From an uncultured Lachnospiraceae bacterium (GTDB lineage Bacteria > Bacillota > Clostridia > Lachnospirales > Lachnospiraceae), in NCBI GenBank assembly GCA_910585205.1, contig CAJUCC010000037.1:680-64679 (forward strand): 64,000 nucleotides of DNA. The letters are read 5' to 3'. Below, piece after piece: positions 1 through 8,565 of the stretch. Made by a program: the position numbers and the translations under genes. The notes beneath the pieces were generated by a model. That model was not told the origin of the DNA, searched no databases, and saw nothing but the letters and a program-made list of their open reading frames with translations. Every line of letters begins with the position of its first letter. Position 1 is the stretch's first letter.

Positions 1-1
1 G

Positions 2-358
2 GAGATTTTTTGCGTGGTTTTTATCCTTTGGGTACGTTTAGGGGAGTTTATATGTTCTGAACGGCCTGAGGGATATTTTTTTGACTTCACGCTCAATAGA
101 TACAAATCGTACAATGCAGAAGAAGCGGTTAATGCTTCGAAGCAACACCGGGAGCCTGTGCGAATACCACATTTCTCATGTCATTATTTGAGGCGTACCT
201 TTTGTTCGGGGTTTTGCGAGAATAAAACAAATTTAAAGGTGACCCAGTCCATACTGGAACACACTAATATTGAAACAACGATGGTCATTTATGCGGAAGT
301 CACCGATGCGAAGAAACCGCATTATATCGCCGTGTCGGAGATGCCGAAAAGCGGCTAA
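2..358 (+). CDS. tyrosine recombinase / phage-type integrase, catalytic C-terminal part (5' end outside the window)
   Basis: Frame is open to the window edge. VRLGEF (box I Arg), HFSCHYLRRTF (H-x-L-R-x-T) and LEHTNIETTMVIYAEV (His ... catalytic Tyr) match the tyrosine recombinase catalytic signature. Confidence 0.8.
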   Translation, partial: EIFCVVFILWVRLGEFICSERPEGYFFDFTLNRYKSYNAEEAVNASKQHREPVRIPHFSCHYLRRTFCSGFCENKTNLKVTQSILEHTNIETTMVIYAEVTDAKKPHYIAVSEMPKSG

Positions 359-597
359 ATAAAGGGAAGTAAGTCATTTTAAATGAAACTGGCTTAAAAT
401 TCTGACAATGAAAACGCTTGGCGGAAAAGATCAGTAAAAACAAAGGGTTTCTGAAGGGAAAGGCAAAATTTACGTCCGATTTACGGCTAAAATTGATAAA
501 AAGAACGATTCATATTTAACCGGATTTGTATTTTTGCCTGCTGCCCATTCCTTTAAAACAAGAATAACCCTGTCGAAAATTAGAGATTTTTGTTGTC

Positions 598-627
598 TTG
601 ACTGTTATTTTTTGCTAAACTAAAAAT
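598..627 (+). promoter_or_regulatory. sigma-A-type promoter candidate (TTGACT-17-TAAAAA/T)
   Basis: TTGACT at 598-603, a 17-nt spacer, then an A-rich -10 at 621-627, about 30 nt upstream of the SD/ATG of the small ORF at 656. Confidence 0.35.
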
Positions 628-655
628 GATGGCGGACTCCGAAAGGAGTATCTGT

Positions 656-805
656 ATGGCAGAGATCATTTGTATCATTGTAACAGTTTGCGGTGCATAT
701 TTCTATAAGATAGACTTTTGCACGCTATATTCACTTATCGCAATTGCGATCGCCTGGTACAAAAGCTGGAACAATCATGCCAAAGATAAAGCTGCCCGAT
801 GGTAG
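656..805 (+). CDS. 49-aa hydrophobic small protein (two predicted membrane helices), function unknown
   Basis: AAGGAG at 643-648 lies 7 nt before the ATG. Product is MAEIICIIVTVCGAYFYKIDFCTLYSLIAIAIAWYKSWNNHAKDKAARW. Below the ORF-track length cutoff; located in an AT-rich spacer next to the integrase remnant. Confidence 0.3.
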   Translation: MAEIICIIVTVCGAYFYKIDFCTLYSLIAIAIAWYKSWNNHAKDKAARW

Positions 806-1169
806 ATTTAAGAAACGTTAGACAAATCCAGACGCATTCTGGACAATCCACTAAAGAACGTTACAATCACAACCGTTGATTATGGCTGTCCGCCATCGCA
901 TTTATTATACCAACATTCTTATTATCATACAAACACATCATATGTATATGTAGGTATATTTTTCGTTGTACTGTGTCGACATGTTTCTACAATTTTCTCA
1001 TTAACGTCCAAACGACTTGTAATCAAACAAGCCTGTTCAATCCGTAAACCACACCAGACGCGACAGCGGCGGCCTGTTTGACATACAAAAGATCAGTACA
1101 CATGTATACGGCTGACAAGAACCGGCAATCCTATATTAGAAAAAGAATTCGACAGCGAATCAGTACATA

Positions 1170-1502
1170 TCATATAGTATTCGTTTTGGCTTTATAATTA
1201 TTTCCCCATTGTTCCATAGCCTTGATGACAGGACGCAGTGATTCGCCCAATTCGCTCAATGCGTATTCTACTTTGGGTGGTACTTCAGGGTAAACGGTAC
1301 GGGTGATGATACCGTCTTTTTCCATAGAGCGCAGACTATCGGTCAACACCTTTTGGCTGATTCCCTCCAAATCTTTTCGCAATTCATTAAAACGCCATGG
1401 GCGGACAAGCAGATTTCTTATAATCAGAAGTTTCCACTTACTTCCGATCAACTGAACAGTTGTCGCAACCGGACAGGCGGGCAGTTCTTTTTTTGTCACC
1501 AT
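1170..1502 (-). CDS. HxlR-family winged-helix transcriptional regulator
   Basis: CPVATTVQLIGSKWKLLIIRNL...RFNELRKDLEGISQKVLTDSLRSMEKDGIITRTVYPEVPPKVEYALSELG is the canonical HxlR/MarR-like HTH pattern. Confidence 0.9.
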   Translation of the reverse strand: MVTKKELPACPVATTVQLIGSKWKLLIIRNLLVRPWRFNELRKDLEGISQKVLTDSLRSMEKDGIITRTVYPEVPPKVEYALSELGESLRPVIKAMEQWGNNYKAKTNTI

Positions 1503-1791
1503 ATGCCATTACCTCCGAGATTTCCAATGGTTCATATTTGCGTACCATATTTTAATTATGGTGTTATCTGCTTATGAAGTCAAGAATGCGATCTGGAATC
1601 CTGAAAAATTTTTTATCCCATAATTTCCGAAATAACACTAAGGTTACGAAAAGGTGACTGTGTTATAAAAAAATGCGTACTTGTAGCGTGAAAAAACAGC
1701 CGTTACAATAGGATCAGAAACGAGGCGTGCAAAAGAAACGGAACGACGCCGTTATTGATTATTGAGCGACTGCATTTTAAGGAGAAATAAA

Positions 1792-2403
1792 ATGAACGTA
1801 CAGAATTGTCTGCAAATTTTGCGGGATATTAAAGATGTGGCATTTGCAACCGTGGATGAAAAAGGATTGCCGCAGATCCGGATTATTGACGTTATGCTTG
1901 CGGAAGATGAAAAAATTTATTTCTGCACGGCACGGGGAAAAGATTTTTACGCACAGCTCATGCGCGACAATCACGTTGCCATAACTGCTGTGAATCGTGA
2001 TTTCCAGATGATTCGATTGTCGGGCACTGCCGATAAACTGACGGAGCAGAAATATTGGATAGATCGCATTTTCGAGGAGAATCCGGGGATACGCCGTGTT
2101 TATCCGAATGAAAGCCGTTACATATTGGAACCGTTCTGCATTGCAAATGCCAATATAGAATTTTTTGATTTGGGTGAGGAGCCGATTAACCGTGAACATT
2201 ATACAATCGGAAATCATAAAGAGAGGAAAAACGGGTTTGAAATCTCCGAAACCTGCATAGCGTGCGGAACATGCAGAAAAATCTGCCCGCAGCAATGTAT
2301 CGGTATCGGAAAGCCGTTTGAAATCAATCAAAATCATTGCCTTCACTGTGGTTTGTGCTTTGAAAACTGTCCCGTAAAGGCAATTACAATAAGGAGCGTG
2401 TAA
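1792..2403 (+). CDS. pyridoxamine 5'-phosphate oxidase-like (FMN-binding split barrel) protein fused to a 2x[4Fe-4S] ferredoxin domain
   Basis: AAGGAG SD before ATG 1792 (the track ORF starts upstream at 1762). The C-terminus has two CxxCxxCxxxCP motifs (CIACGTCRKICP, CLHCGLCFENCP). The N-terminal half looks PNPOx-like. Confidence 0.7.
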   Translation: MNVQNCLQILRDIKDVAFATVDEKGLPQIRIIDVMLAEDEKIYFCTARGKDFYAQLMRDNHVAITAVNRDFQMIRLSGTADKLTEQKYWIDRIFEENPGIRRVYPNESRYILEPFCIANANIEFFDLGEEPINREHYTIGNHKERKNGFEISETCIACGTCRKICPQQCIGIGKPFEINQNHCLHCGLCFENCPVKAITIRSV

Positions 2404-2405
2404 AA

Positions 2406-3944
2406 ATGTTAAAGGATATAGGGTCTGTTTTTCTGGACAGAAAGGATTTTTTCCTGGAACTATTGCTGGAGCATTTAAAAATATCATTGGTTTCCATTTT
2501 GATTGCCATATTGCTTGGAGGACTTGTGGGAATATTCATCAGCGAATTTCAAAAAACCGCAAAACCGACTTTGGGCGTAATCAATTTTTTGTATACGATA
2601 CCGTCAATTTCCATACTCGGTTTTTTAATTCCTTTTTCGGGTGTGGGCAATGCAACTGCGATCATTGCACTGACAGTTTACGCACTGCTGCCGATGGTGC
2701 GAAATACGCATACGGGCATTGCCAATGTAGAGCCTTCTGTTTTGGAGGCGGCAAAAGGCATGGGAAGCACAAAAGTCCAGATTTTATTTAAGATCAAACT
2801 TCCGCTGGCCATGCCTGTGATTATGTCGGGTATTCGTAATATGGTGACGATGACGATTGCCCTTGCAGGGATTGCCTCTTTTATCGGTGCAGGCGGTTTG
2901 GGGGTTGCGATTTACCGGGGGATTACGACAAATAATGCGGCAATGACAATGGCCGGCAGCTTATTGATTGCGCTGCTTGCTCTTGGAATGGATTTTGTGC
3001 TCGGATTCATTGAAAAACGGATGAGCAAACACAGTGTTAAGCAAAAGAAAACCAATAAAATAATGGCCGCCGTCGCCGTTGTTTTTTGTTTGTGCATTGT
3101 GTGTAACGTTTTAACGGACACCAGGCAGAAAGACACCATACGCATTGCTACAAAGCCGATGACAGAACAATATGTTCTCGGTGAAATGCTGGATATTCTG
3201 ATCGAGCAGGACACCGGTTTGAATGTTGAGCTGACACAGGGAGTCGGCGGCGGAACGTCAAATATCCAGCCGGCAATGGAGAGCGGAGAATTTGACTTAT
3301 ATCCTGAATATACGGGAACGGGATGGAATATGGTACTCAAACATGACAGTATATATACCGAAGATTTATTCGGTGAATTGGAAAAGGAATACAGCGAACG
3401 ATTTCACATGAATTGGGTTGGGATGTATGGCTTTAACAATACGTACGGTTTTGCTGTCCGCCGTGAAATTGCAGAAAAATACAACCTGAAAACGTGTTCC
3501 GATCTGAAATCCGTGGCGGGCAGTCTCACCTTTGGTGCAGAATATGATTTCTTTGAGCGTGAGGACGGTTATGGCGCTTTTTGTGAAGCCTACGGATTGG
3601 CGTTCGGCAAAACGATGGACTTGGACATCGGACTCAAATATCAGGCAATCAGTCAAAAACGGATTGATGCGATGGTGATTTTCACAACAGACGGACAGTT
3701 ATCAACTTCCGATGTGGTTGTTTTGCATGATGACAAACACTTTTATCCCTCTTATATTTGCGGAAATGTGATCGGTGCAGAAGCGCTTGAGAAGTATCCG
3801 GAGCTGGAAGCCGTTTTTGAAAAGCTGGACGGGCTGATTACCGACAGCGATATGGCGGCAATGAACTATTCCGTTGAAACGGAAAACAGAGAGCCGAGGG
3901 ATGTAGCGGAAGATTTCCTTCGCAGTCGTGATCTTTTACGGTGA
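2406..3944 (+). CDS. osmoprotectant (glycine betaine/choline/carnitine-type) ABC transporter, fused permease + substrate-binding protein
   Basis: N-terminal multi-TM permease with the EAA loop (EAAKGMGSTKVQILFKIKLPLAMPVIMSGIRN). The C-terminal half resembles OpuBC/OpuCC-type binding proteins (IRIATKPMTEQYVLGEML...YPEYTGTGW). Confidence 0.85.
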   Translation: MLKDIGSVFLDRKDFFLELLLEHLKISLVSILIAILLGGLVGIFISEFQKTAKPTLGVINFLYTIPSISILGFLIPFSGVGNATAIIALTVYALLPMVRNTHTGIANVEPSVLEAAKGMGSTKVQILFKIKLPLAMPVIMSGIRNMVTMTIALAGIASFIGAGGLGVAIYRGITTNNAAMTMAGSLLIALLALGMDFVLGFIEKRMSKHSVKQKKTNKIMAAVAVVFCLCIVCNVLTDTRQKDTIRIATKPMTEQYVLGEMLDILIEQDTGLNVELTQGVGGGTSNIQPAMESGEFDLYPEYTGTGWNMVLKHDSIYTEDLFGELEKEYSERFHMNWVGMYGFNNTYGFAVRREIAEKYNLKTCSDLKSVAGSLTFGAEYDFFEREDGYGAFCEAYGLAFGKTMDLDIGLKYQAISQKRIDAMVIFTTDGQLSTSDVVVLHDDKHFYPSYICGNVIGAEALEKYPELEAVFEKLDGLITDSDMAAMNYSVETENREPRDVAEDFLRSRDLLR

Positions 3945-3955
3945 GGTGAAACAAA

Positions 3956-4771
3956 ATGAACACAGCGATTGTATTTCAGAATGTCAAAAAAACATATGAC
4001 GAAAAGGCAGTTATGGAGGGATTTAACCTCTCGATAGAAAAAGGGGAATTTGTAACGATTATCGGTTCGTCGGGATGCGGAAAAACGACTGCTCTCAAAA
4101 TGGTAAACGGTTTGATTCAGCCGACTTCGGGAGACATATTCGTTGACGGGGAAAATATCCGCAATAAAAATCAAACGCAGCTTCGCAGAAATATCGGCTA
4201 TGCCATTCAGGGCAGCGTACTGTTTCCGCATATGACGGTAGAACAAAATATCTCCTATGTTCCGAATTTACTGAACAGACGGGAGAAAGAAAAGACAAAG
4301 AACGCCGTGTCAAAATGGATGAAAATTGTCGGACTTTCGGAAGATTTGAAACACCGCTATCCGTCCGAACTTTCAGGCGGTCAACAGCAAAGGGTTGGTA
4401 TTGCCCGTGCGTTGGCGGCTTCACCGGATATTTTGCTGATGGATGAGCCGTTTGGTGCGGTAGATGAAATTACACGGGGACAGCTTCAGACGGAATTGAA
4501 ACGGATTCACAAGCAGACAGGGATTACCGTGTTGTTCGTTACCCATGATATTTCCGAGGCGTTGAAACTCGGCACCAAGGTACTCGTTATGAAGGACGGC
4601 AAAATCGAACAGTTTGCAAAGCCGGTAGACCTGCTCCGTTGTCCGGCTACGGAATTTGTGAAAGAACTGGTAAAAAAGGAGCGGCGTGCCTGTCATCTGC
4701 CCGAAGAACAGTTACCTTCCTGTGAATTCAGCGGTGCTGCCGGCGAAATAAACACGCAGGATGCAAAATGA
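3956..4771 (+). CDS. ABC transporter ATP-binding protein (partner of the osmoprotectant permease)
   Basis: Walker A GSSGCGKTT, signature LSGGQQQRVGIARAL, Walker B ILLMDEPFGAVD, H-loop VTHD. Confidence 0.9.
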   Translation: MNTAIVFQNVKKTYDEKAVMEGFNLSIEKGEFVTIIGSSGCGKTTALKMVNGLIQPTSGDIFVDGENIRNKNQTQLRRNIGYAIQGSVLFPHMTVEQNISYVPNLLNRREKEKTKNAVSKWMKIVGLSEDLKHRYPSELSGGQQQRVGIARALAASPDILLMDEPFGAVDEITRGQLQTELKRIHKQTGITVLFVTHDISEALKLGTKVLVMKDGKIEQFAKPVDLLRCPATEFVKELVKKERRACHLPEEQLPSCEFSGAAGEINTQDAK

Positions 4772-4856
4772 GAAACTGCAGTGAATCCGAAGCGATTTTC
4801 AATTTGGAAGGAGGATTAGCATGGGGGATACTGTGAATCAACCGGATCGGATCAAA

Positions 4857-4900
4857 AAACCACCCCGTACGTGGTCCGCACTCCGGGGTGGTTTCTGTTT
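4857..4900. terminator. bidirectional intrinsic terminator between convergent ABC and MCP genes
   Basis: AAACCACCCCG (4857-4867) pairs with CGGGGTGGTTT (4884-4894). A-run on the left and T-rich on the right; the minus-strand version is followed by TTTTTTG. Confidence 0.5.
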
Positions 4901-4908
4901 AGCGTCGT

Positions 4909-5844
4909 TTATTTTCCGGCCGTATAGTCATTGATAATCGGGGAAATCTGCGACAACATATTGTCCATATTTTCAAACATGGCGCTCTTTGTCGTTCCCA
5001 GGCTGCTGGCCTGACGGATATGGTTCATTACATTCTGATACTGGTCTTTGGTCTTGTCAAAGAACTGACACAGTTGCTGCAGTTCGGACCGGGATTCATC
5101 GATGACCCCGGAAATCTCGTCCTGAACGGCCGTGGCGCCCTCCGCGGATTGGGTGATCTGGTCAAACGTTTCATACGTTTCGTCAACTTTCTGCAAACTC
5201 TGTGTCAGAGCTTCCTGGGATGTATAGATGCAGCTGTTCAACAGATCAGTGCCCTGTTCGACTTCCGTTATGCTTGTATCCACTTCGGAGATCAGATTCT
5301 TGATCTCATCGGCCAGATTTTTCACTTCCACAGCCACAACGCCAAAGCCTTTTCCCTGTTCGCCGGCCCGCGCCGCTTCAATTGTGGCGTTCAGCGCCAG
5401 AATATTGGTCTGTTCGGCGATGGAAACGATTTTGCCTGTGCAGCTTTTGATCTTTTTCAGGGCGGCCTGGAACTGTTCGAATGTCTGCTCCATCTCACTG
5501 AAGTGAGATTCTACCTGCCGGGAACTGTTTTTCAGTTCCTGTACTTCTCCCTGCGCCTGCTCCACGGAGTGCTCGATTTCGTTCTTCAGGGTGGTAAACT
5601 GCTCTGTCACAAGATTGATATTGGAAAAAACCTGTTCGAAATCCTGCAGCTTTTCCTGAAAATGCTCTGATTCACCCAGAACGCCGTGAAAAGAAGCGCT
5701 AATCATACCGAGTTCCTGCAGAGAGGCCACCTCCTGCTGTATGATCTCTTTCTGAAAGTCTTTCAGACTGTTTGCGACATGCAGTACCGGATATAGTTCT
5801 TCGGACTTCGTCAGATGTTTCTTTTTATGTACTTTCAATGCCAT
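4909..5844 (-). CDS. soluble methyl-accepting chemotaxis protein (signalling domain only, no TM/HAMP seen)
   Basis: Highly conserved MCP hairpin tip [37 protein letters not shown]. No hydrophobic segments. AAGGAG SD. Confidence 0.9.
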   Translation of the reverse strand: MALKVHKKKHLTKSEELYPVLHVANSLKDFQKEIIQQEVASLQELGMISASFHGVLGESEHFQEKLQDFEQVFSNINLVTEQFTTLKNEIEHSVEQAQGEVQELKNSSRQVESHFSEMEQTFEQFQAALKKIKSCTGKIVSIAEQTNILALNATIEAARAGEQGKGFGVVAVEVKNLADEIKNLISEVDTSITEVEQGTDLLNSCIYTSQEALTQSLQKVDETYETFDQITQSAEGATAVQDEISGVIDESRSELQQLCQFFDKTKDQYQNVMNHIRQASSLGTTKSAMFENMDNMLSQISPIINDYTAGK

Positions 5845-5856
5845 TTCGTTCTCCTT

Positions 5857-6912
5857 TTATTCAAATACCACACAGGTCATGGACTGGTTTACAAACTGGT
5901 TGTTGTAATGCTCACCATATCCCACAAGGCCGACATGATTTCCCAGTGTGCTCATTTCCTTTAAATAGTCTTCCATATAGTGGTTTTCGTTGAATAGAAG
6001 ATACCGGAACAGACAGTTAATGGAAAACACGGCCGAAACACGGGAGAAATCGCTGCGGATTTGGCGAATGGTATTTTTGACAATACTCCGGTAATCGCCC
6101 AGTTCCAGCAAAATCAGCACATCGGAGTCGTTTACCTGACGGAAGCAGGTCAGCGCGCTTCCGTTTACTTCTTTGATGGATATGATACAGGTGTCGTTTC
6201 CGTTTATTTTACCGAACGGATTTTTAAATGTCTGTGTCAGAATCTCCTTTTCGGTCACATGGAGAATACTCTGGTATACCTGCTTGGCGGATTTCCCGTT
6301 TAATTCACCGATAATATAGTTTGCCTTATCGGTTTTGGAAGCGATAAAGCGGTAGTTTCCCATCTGATGGTAGATATTTTCCTTGTATGCCTTTACTTTG
6401 CCGCCATGGTTGCGGATCAGTCCATAAACGACGGCGTCTTCATAGATTATGCCGTTTGCGGATACCTTGCCGGCATCTCCCGTACCGCCGACGAGCGGTA
6501 TGCCGCTTTGCCGCAGTACACTGTAAATGGTAGTCAATACACAGGCATCGTTCCCGGCACAAAAATCAATACATACCGTGTCACGACGCGATCCCTGTAT
6601 CCGGTTGACGTCCTTTTGCAGACGGCTGATATATTTTACGGGCATGGTGGATACATGCTCCAATACATTGGCGGCGGCGCTGACGCCATCATAAAAGGCT
6701 GCCACACCCACGCCTTTTTCCACAACTCGGGTGTCATAACTCATGCCGATGCAGCCAATACTGGGTACTTTCGGATATAATTCCTCTAATTTTTTTACAT
6801 GTGCTTCGAATTGATCGCTGTTCGAAAACAGCATAATGAACTGTGGACTGGACAGTCCACGGACGGCCTCTTTTAAATCTCCACTCTGACTCCTGCCAAA
6901 AAACTGTTTCAC
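5857..6912 (-). CDS. FIST-domain sensory protein (FIST_N + FIST_C)
   Basis: C-terminal GLVGYGEHYNNQFVNQSMTCVVFE resembles the FIST_C ending (G-Y-GE ... hNQT). Lies 12 nt upstream of the MCP on the same strand. The track ORF extends to 6972, but a -10 box at 6975-6980 and an AAGGAG...GTG at 6912 favour the shorter start. Confidence 0.6.
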   Translation of the reverse strand: MKQFFGRSQSGDLKEAVRGLSSPQFIMLFSNSDQFEAHVKKLEELYPKVPSIGCIGMSYDTRVVEKGVGVAAFYDGVSAAANVLEHVSTMPVKYISRLQKDVNRIQGSRRDTVCIDFCAGNDACVLTTIYSVLRQSGIPLVGGTGDAGKVSANGIIYEDAVVYGLIRNHGGKVKAYKENIYHQMGNYRFIASKTDKANYIIGELNGKSAKQVYQSILHVTEKEILTQTFKNPFGKINGNDTCIISIKEVNGSALTCFRQVNDSDVLILLELGDYRSIVKNTIRQIRSDFSRVSAVFSINCLFRYLLFNENHYMEDYLKEMSTLGNHVGLVGYGEHYNNQFVNQSMTCVVFE

Positions 6913-6974
6913 GGGTCCCTTCCTCTCCTTTGCATATCGCCGTATAGTTTGTGGTACATTCTTCCTATGCAATT

Positions 6975-7004
6975 ATTATACGGTATAAAGGTAAAGCTGG
7001 TCAA
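6975..7004 (-). promoter_or_regulatory. sigma-A-type promoter candidate for the FIST-MCP operon (TTGACC-18-TATAAT on the minus strand)
   Basis: The reverse complement of 6975-7004 reads TTGACCagctttacctttataccgTATAAT. Confidence 0.4.
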
Positions 7005-7058
7005 TGGTACTTTGACGAACTTTTTATGACACGGAACGGTGTTTTTATTGCATTTTAC

Positions 7059-7086
7059 GAAAGACAGGGCGGGATATGGCCGATAC
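7059..7086 (+). promoter_or_regulatory. sigma-D (sigma-28)-like promoter candidate, strong -10 only
   Basis: GCCGATAC at 7079-7086 matches the consensus GCCGATAT in 7 of 8 positions. The -35 is poor (GAAA with a 16-nt spacer). Sits 44 nt before ATG 7131. Confidence 0.35.
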
Positions 7087-7130
7087 AATAAAGGAAGAAA
7101 GAAACGGGAAATGAAAGGGAGGAAAAATCA

Positions 7131-7790
7131 ATGCGAGTTACGAACTATATGCTGGATGAATCGTCCAGAAAGGCGGGCATGACGCTGAACAATCAGCTGT
7201 ATTCAGGCAGTGTGGACGAGGAGAGCACGGACGACGGTGTGCTGTCCGCACTGAAAGAGCGCAAGACGGAGCGGATTTTGGGGGATCGGTTTGGCTATGA
7301 AAAACTGCAAAAGGCGGCTCAGAATCTGCAAAAAACAATTGCAAACTTTACGAAGGAGAAGGATTCCCTTTTTGACAAGGCGAAAGAAAGCGGAGACAAC
7401 AGCGAACTTCTGCGGCAGACTGAGGCGTTGGTGAAAAATTATAATGCCGTTCTGAAGGAACTGGGTGCGTCCGGGGCAGAACAGAGCGGCTATTATAAAA
7501 AGATACTTCAGGAAATCACCCAAAAGAGTAAGGATTCACTGGCAGAAATCGGCATCAGTCAGGCGGCGGACGGTTCTCTGCAGATCGATCAGGAAAAGCT
7601 GAAGGCAGCCGACGCGGAAACGCTGGAAAAGGTGTTGGGACCGTCGGGGCGTTTCGGCACGCGGCTGGCGTTTGTGACGGATCGTATCTCGGAAGATGCA
7701 CAGGCAAATACAGAAAGCCTTTCCAGCCGCTATGACGCTTCCGGCAATCTGTGGTCGGCGCAGTCCGGCCGGTATGATTTCCGGAGATAA
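7131..7790 (+). CDS. hypothetical protein with FliD C-terminal-like motifs
   Basis: AGGGAGG SD. ALVKNYNAVLKEL and LAEIGISQAADGSLQIDQEKLKAA resemble the FliD_C pattern (fV..YN.l ... lGI...DG.L.lD..kL..A). N-terminus MRVTNYM is reminiscent of flagellar axial proteins. Confidence 0.5.
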   Translation: MRVTNYMLDESSRKAGMTLNNQLYSGSVDEESTDDGVLSALKERKTERILGDRFGYEKLQKAAQNLQKTIANFTKEKDSLFDKAKESGDNSELLRQTEALVKNYNAVLKELGASGAEQSGYYKKILQEITQKSKDSLAEIGISQAADGSLQIDQEKLKAADAETLEKVLGPSGRFGTRLAFVTDRISEDAQANTESLSSRYDASGNLWSAQSGRYDFRR

Positions 7791-7820
7791 CATTCGGAGA
7801 CAGATACAGGAGGGATACGG

Positions 7821-8447
7821 ATGGACAACGGGATTCACATCGGTTATATGACCGGGACATACGCCGGATTTTTACAGAGCTGCCGCAAAAGGCAGGACGG
7901 ACAGACGAAACAGGCAGGGACGGCAGGGACATTTCGCAGCGCGGCAGAGCGTATCGCGCAGGGAGCGGCAGCGGCGGATGCTTCCCGTCCGGCAGCGGCG
8001 GATATGACGTTGGAGGAATACCGGCTGTATCTCTATGATACGATTTCCGGGATCCGTCCCGATGCGTCTCAGGCTGGCTGGAACCGGCGCATTACCGTTT
8101 CGGATGACGGACTGGAAGCCATGCGGAAGGATCCGGCATATGAGCGGCATGTGCTGGATACCATACGGCGTAATCTTTCGGTTCGGGATCCGTTTCACAG
8201 CCGTACGTTTTCCGTGATGCATTTCGGGGCGTCCGATGCGGAATCTTACGGGGAAAGCTGGACTTATGACAGCCCGGCACAGCATCTGGGACAAAAAGAA
8301 AAAACATACTGGGAGGAACGGATCGAACGCCGGGAAAAACAGCAGGAACAACTGGAGGAACTGACGGAAAAGAAAGCGGTTGCCAGACAGCAGGGACTGC
8401 CGGAACCATGCGCACTTGACATCCGTGCAATTCTGGAGCTGTTATGA
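7821..8447 (+). CDS. hypothetical protein (no recognisable domain)
   Basis: AGGAGGG SD 6 nt before the ATG. Lies 30 nt after the previous gene, so probably co-transcribed. Ala/Arg-rich N-terminus and a charged coiled C-terminus (EERIERREKQQEQLEELTEKK). Confidence 0.55.
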   Translation: MDNGIHIGYMTGTYAGFLQSCRKRQDGQTKQAGTAGTFRSAAERIAQGAAAADASRPAAADMTLEEYRLYLYDTISGIRPDASQAGWNRRITVSDDGLEAMRKDPAYERHVLDTIRRNLSVRDPFHSRTFSVMHFGASDAESYGESWTYDSPAQHLGQKEKTYWEERIERREKQQEQLEELTEKKAVARQQGLPEPCALDIRAILELL

Positions 8448-8565
8448 GCGGAATAATCGGGAAAATAATTTGTCGAATTTCCTGAAATATTTTTTATAAT
8501 ACTATCATTTTTGGTTATTTTGTAGTATAATTCCTGCATAGGTATTAAATGTAGGAGGTAGCTTT

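Noticed and set aside
629-896. 10-bp inverted repeat GATGGCGGAC / GTCCGCCATC flanking the small membrane-peptide ORF.
   Set aside because: A 10-bp match within about 270 bp is not far from chance expectation, and no further symmetry or direct repeats support a mobile unit.
4821-4934. 37-codon ORF (MGDTVNQPDRIKKPP...) with a strong GGAAGGAGG SD after the ABC ATPase gene.
   Set aside because: It runs straight through the bidirectional terminator hairpin and into the 3' end of the convergent MCP gene. The sequence has no peptide-like features. The SD-like string is probably fortuitous.
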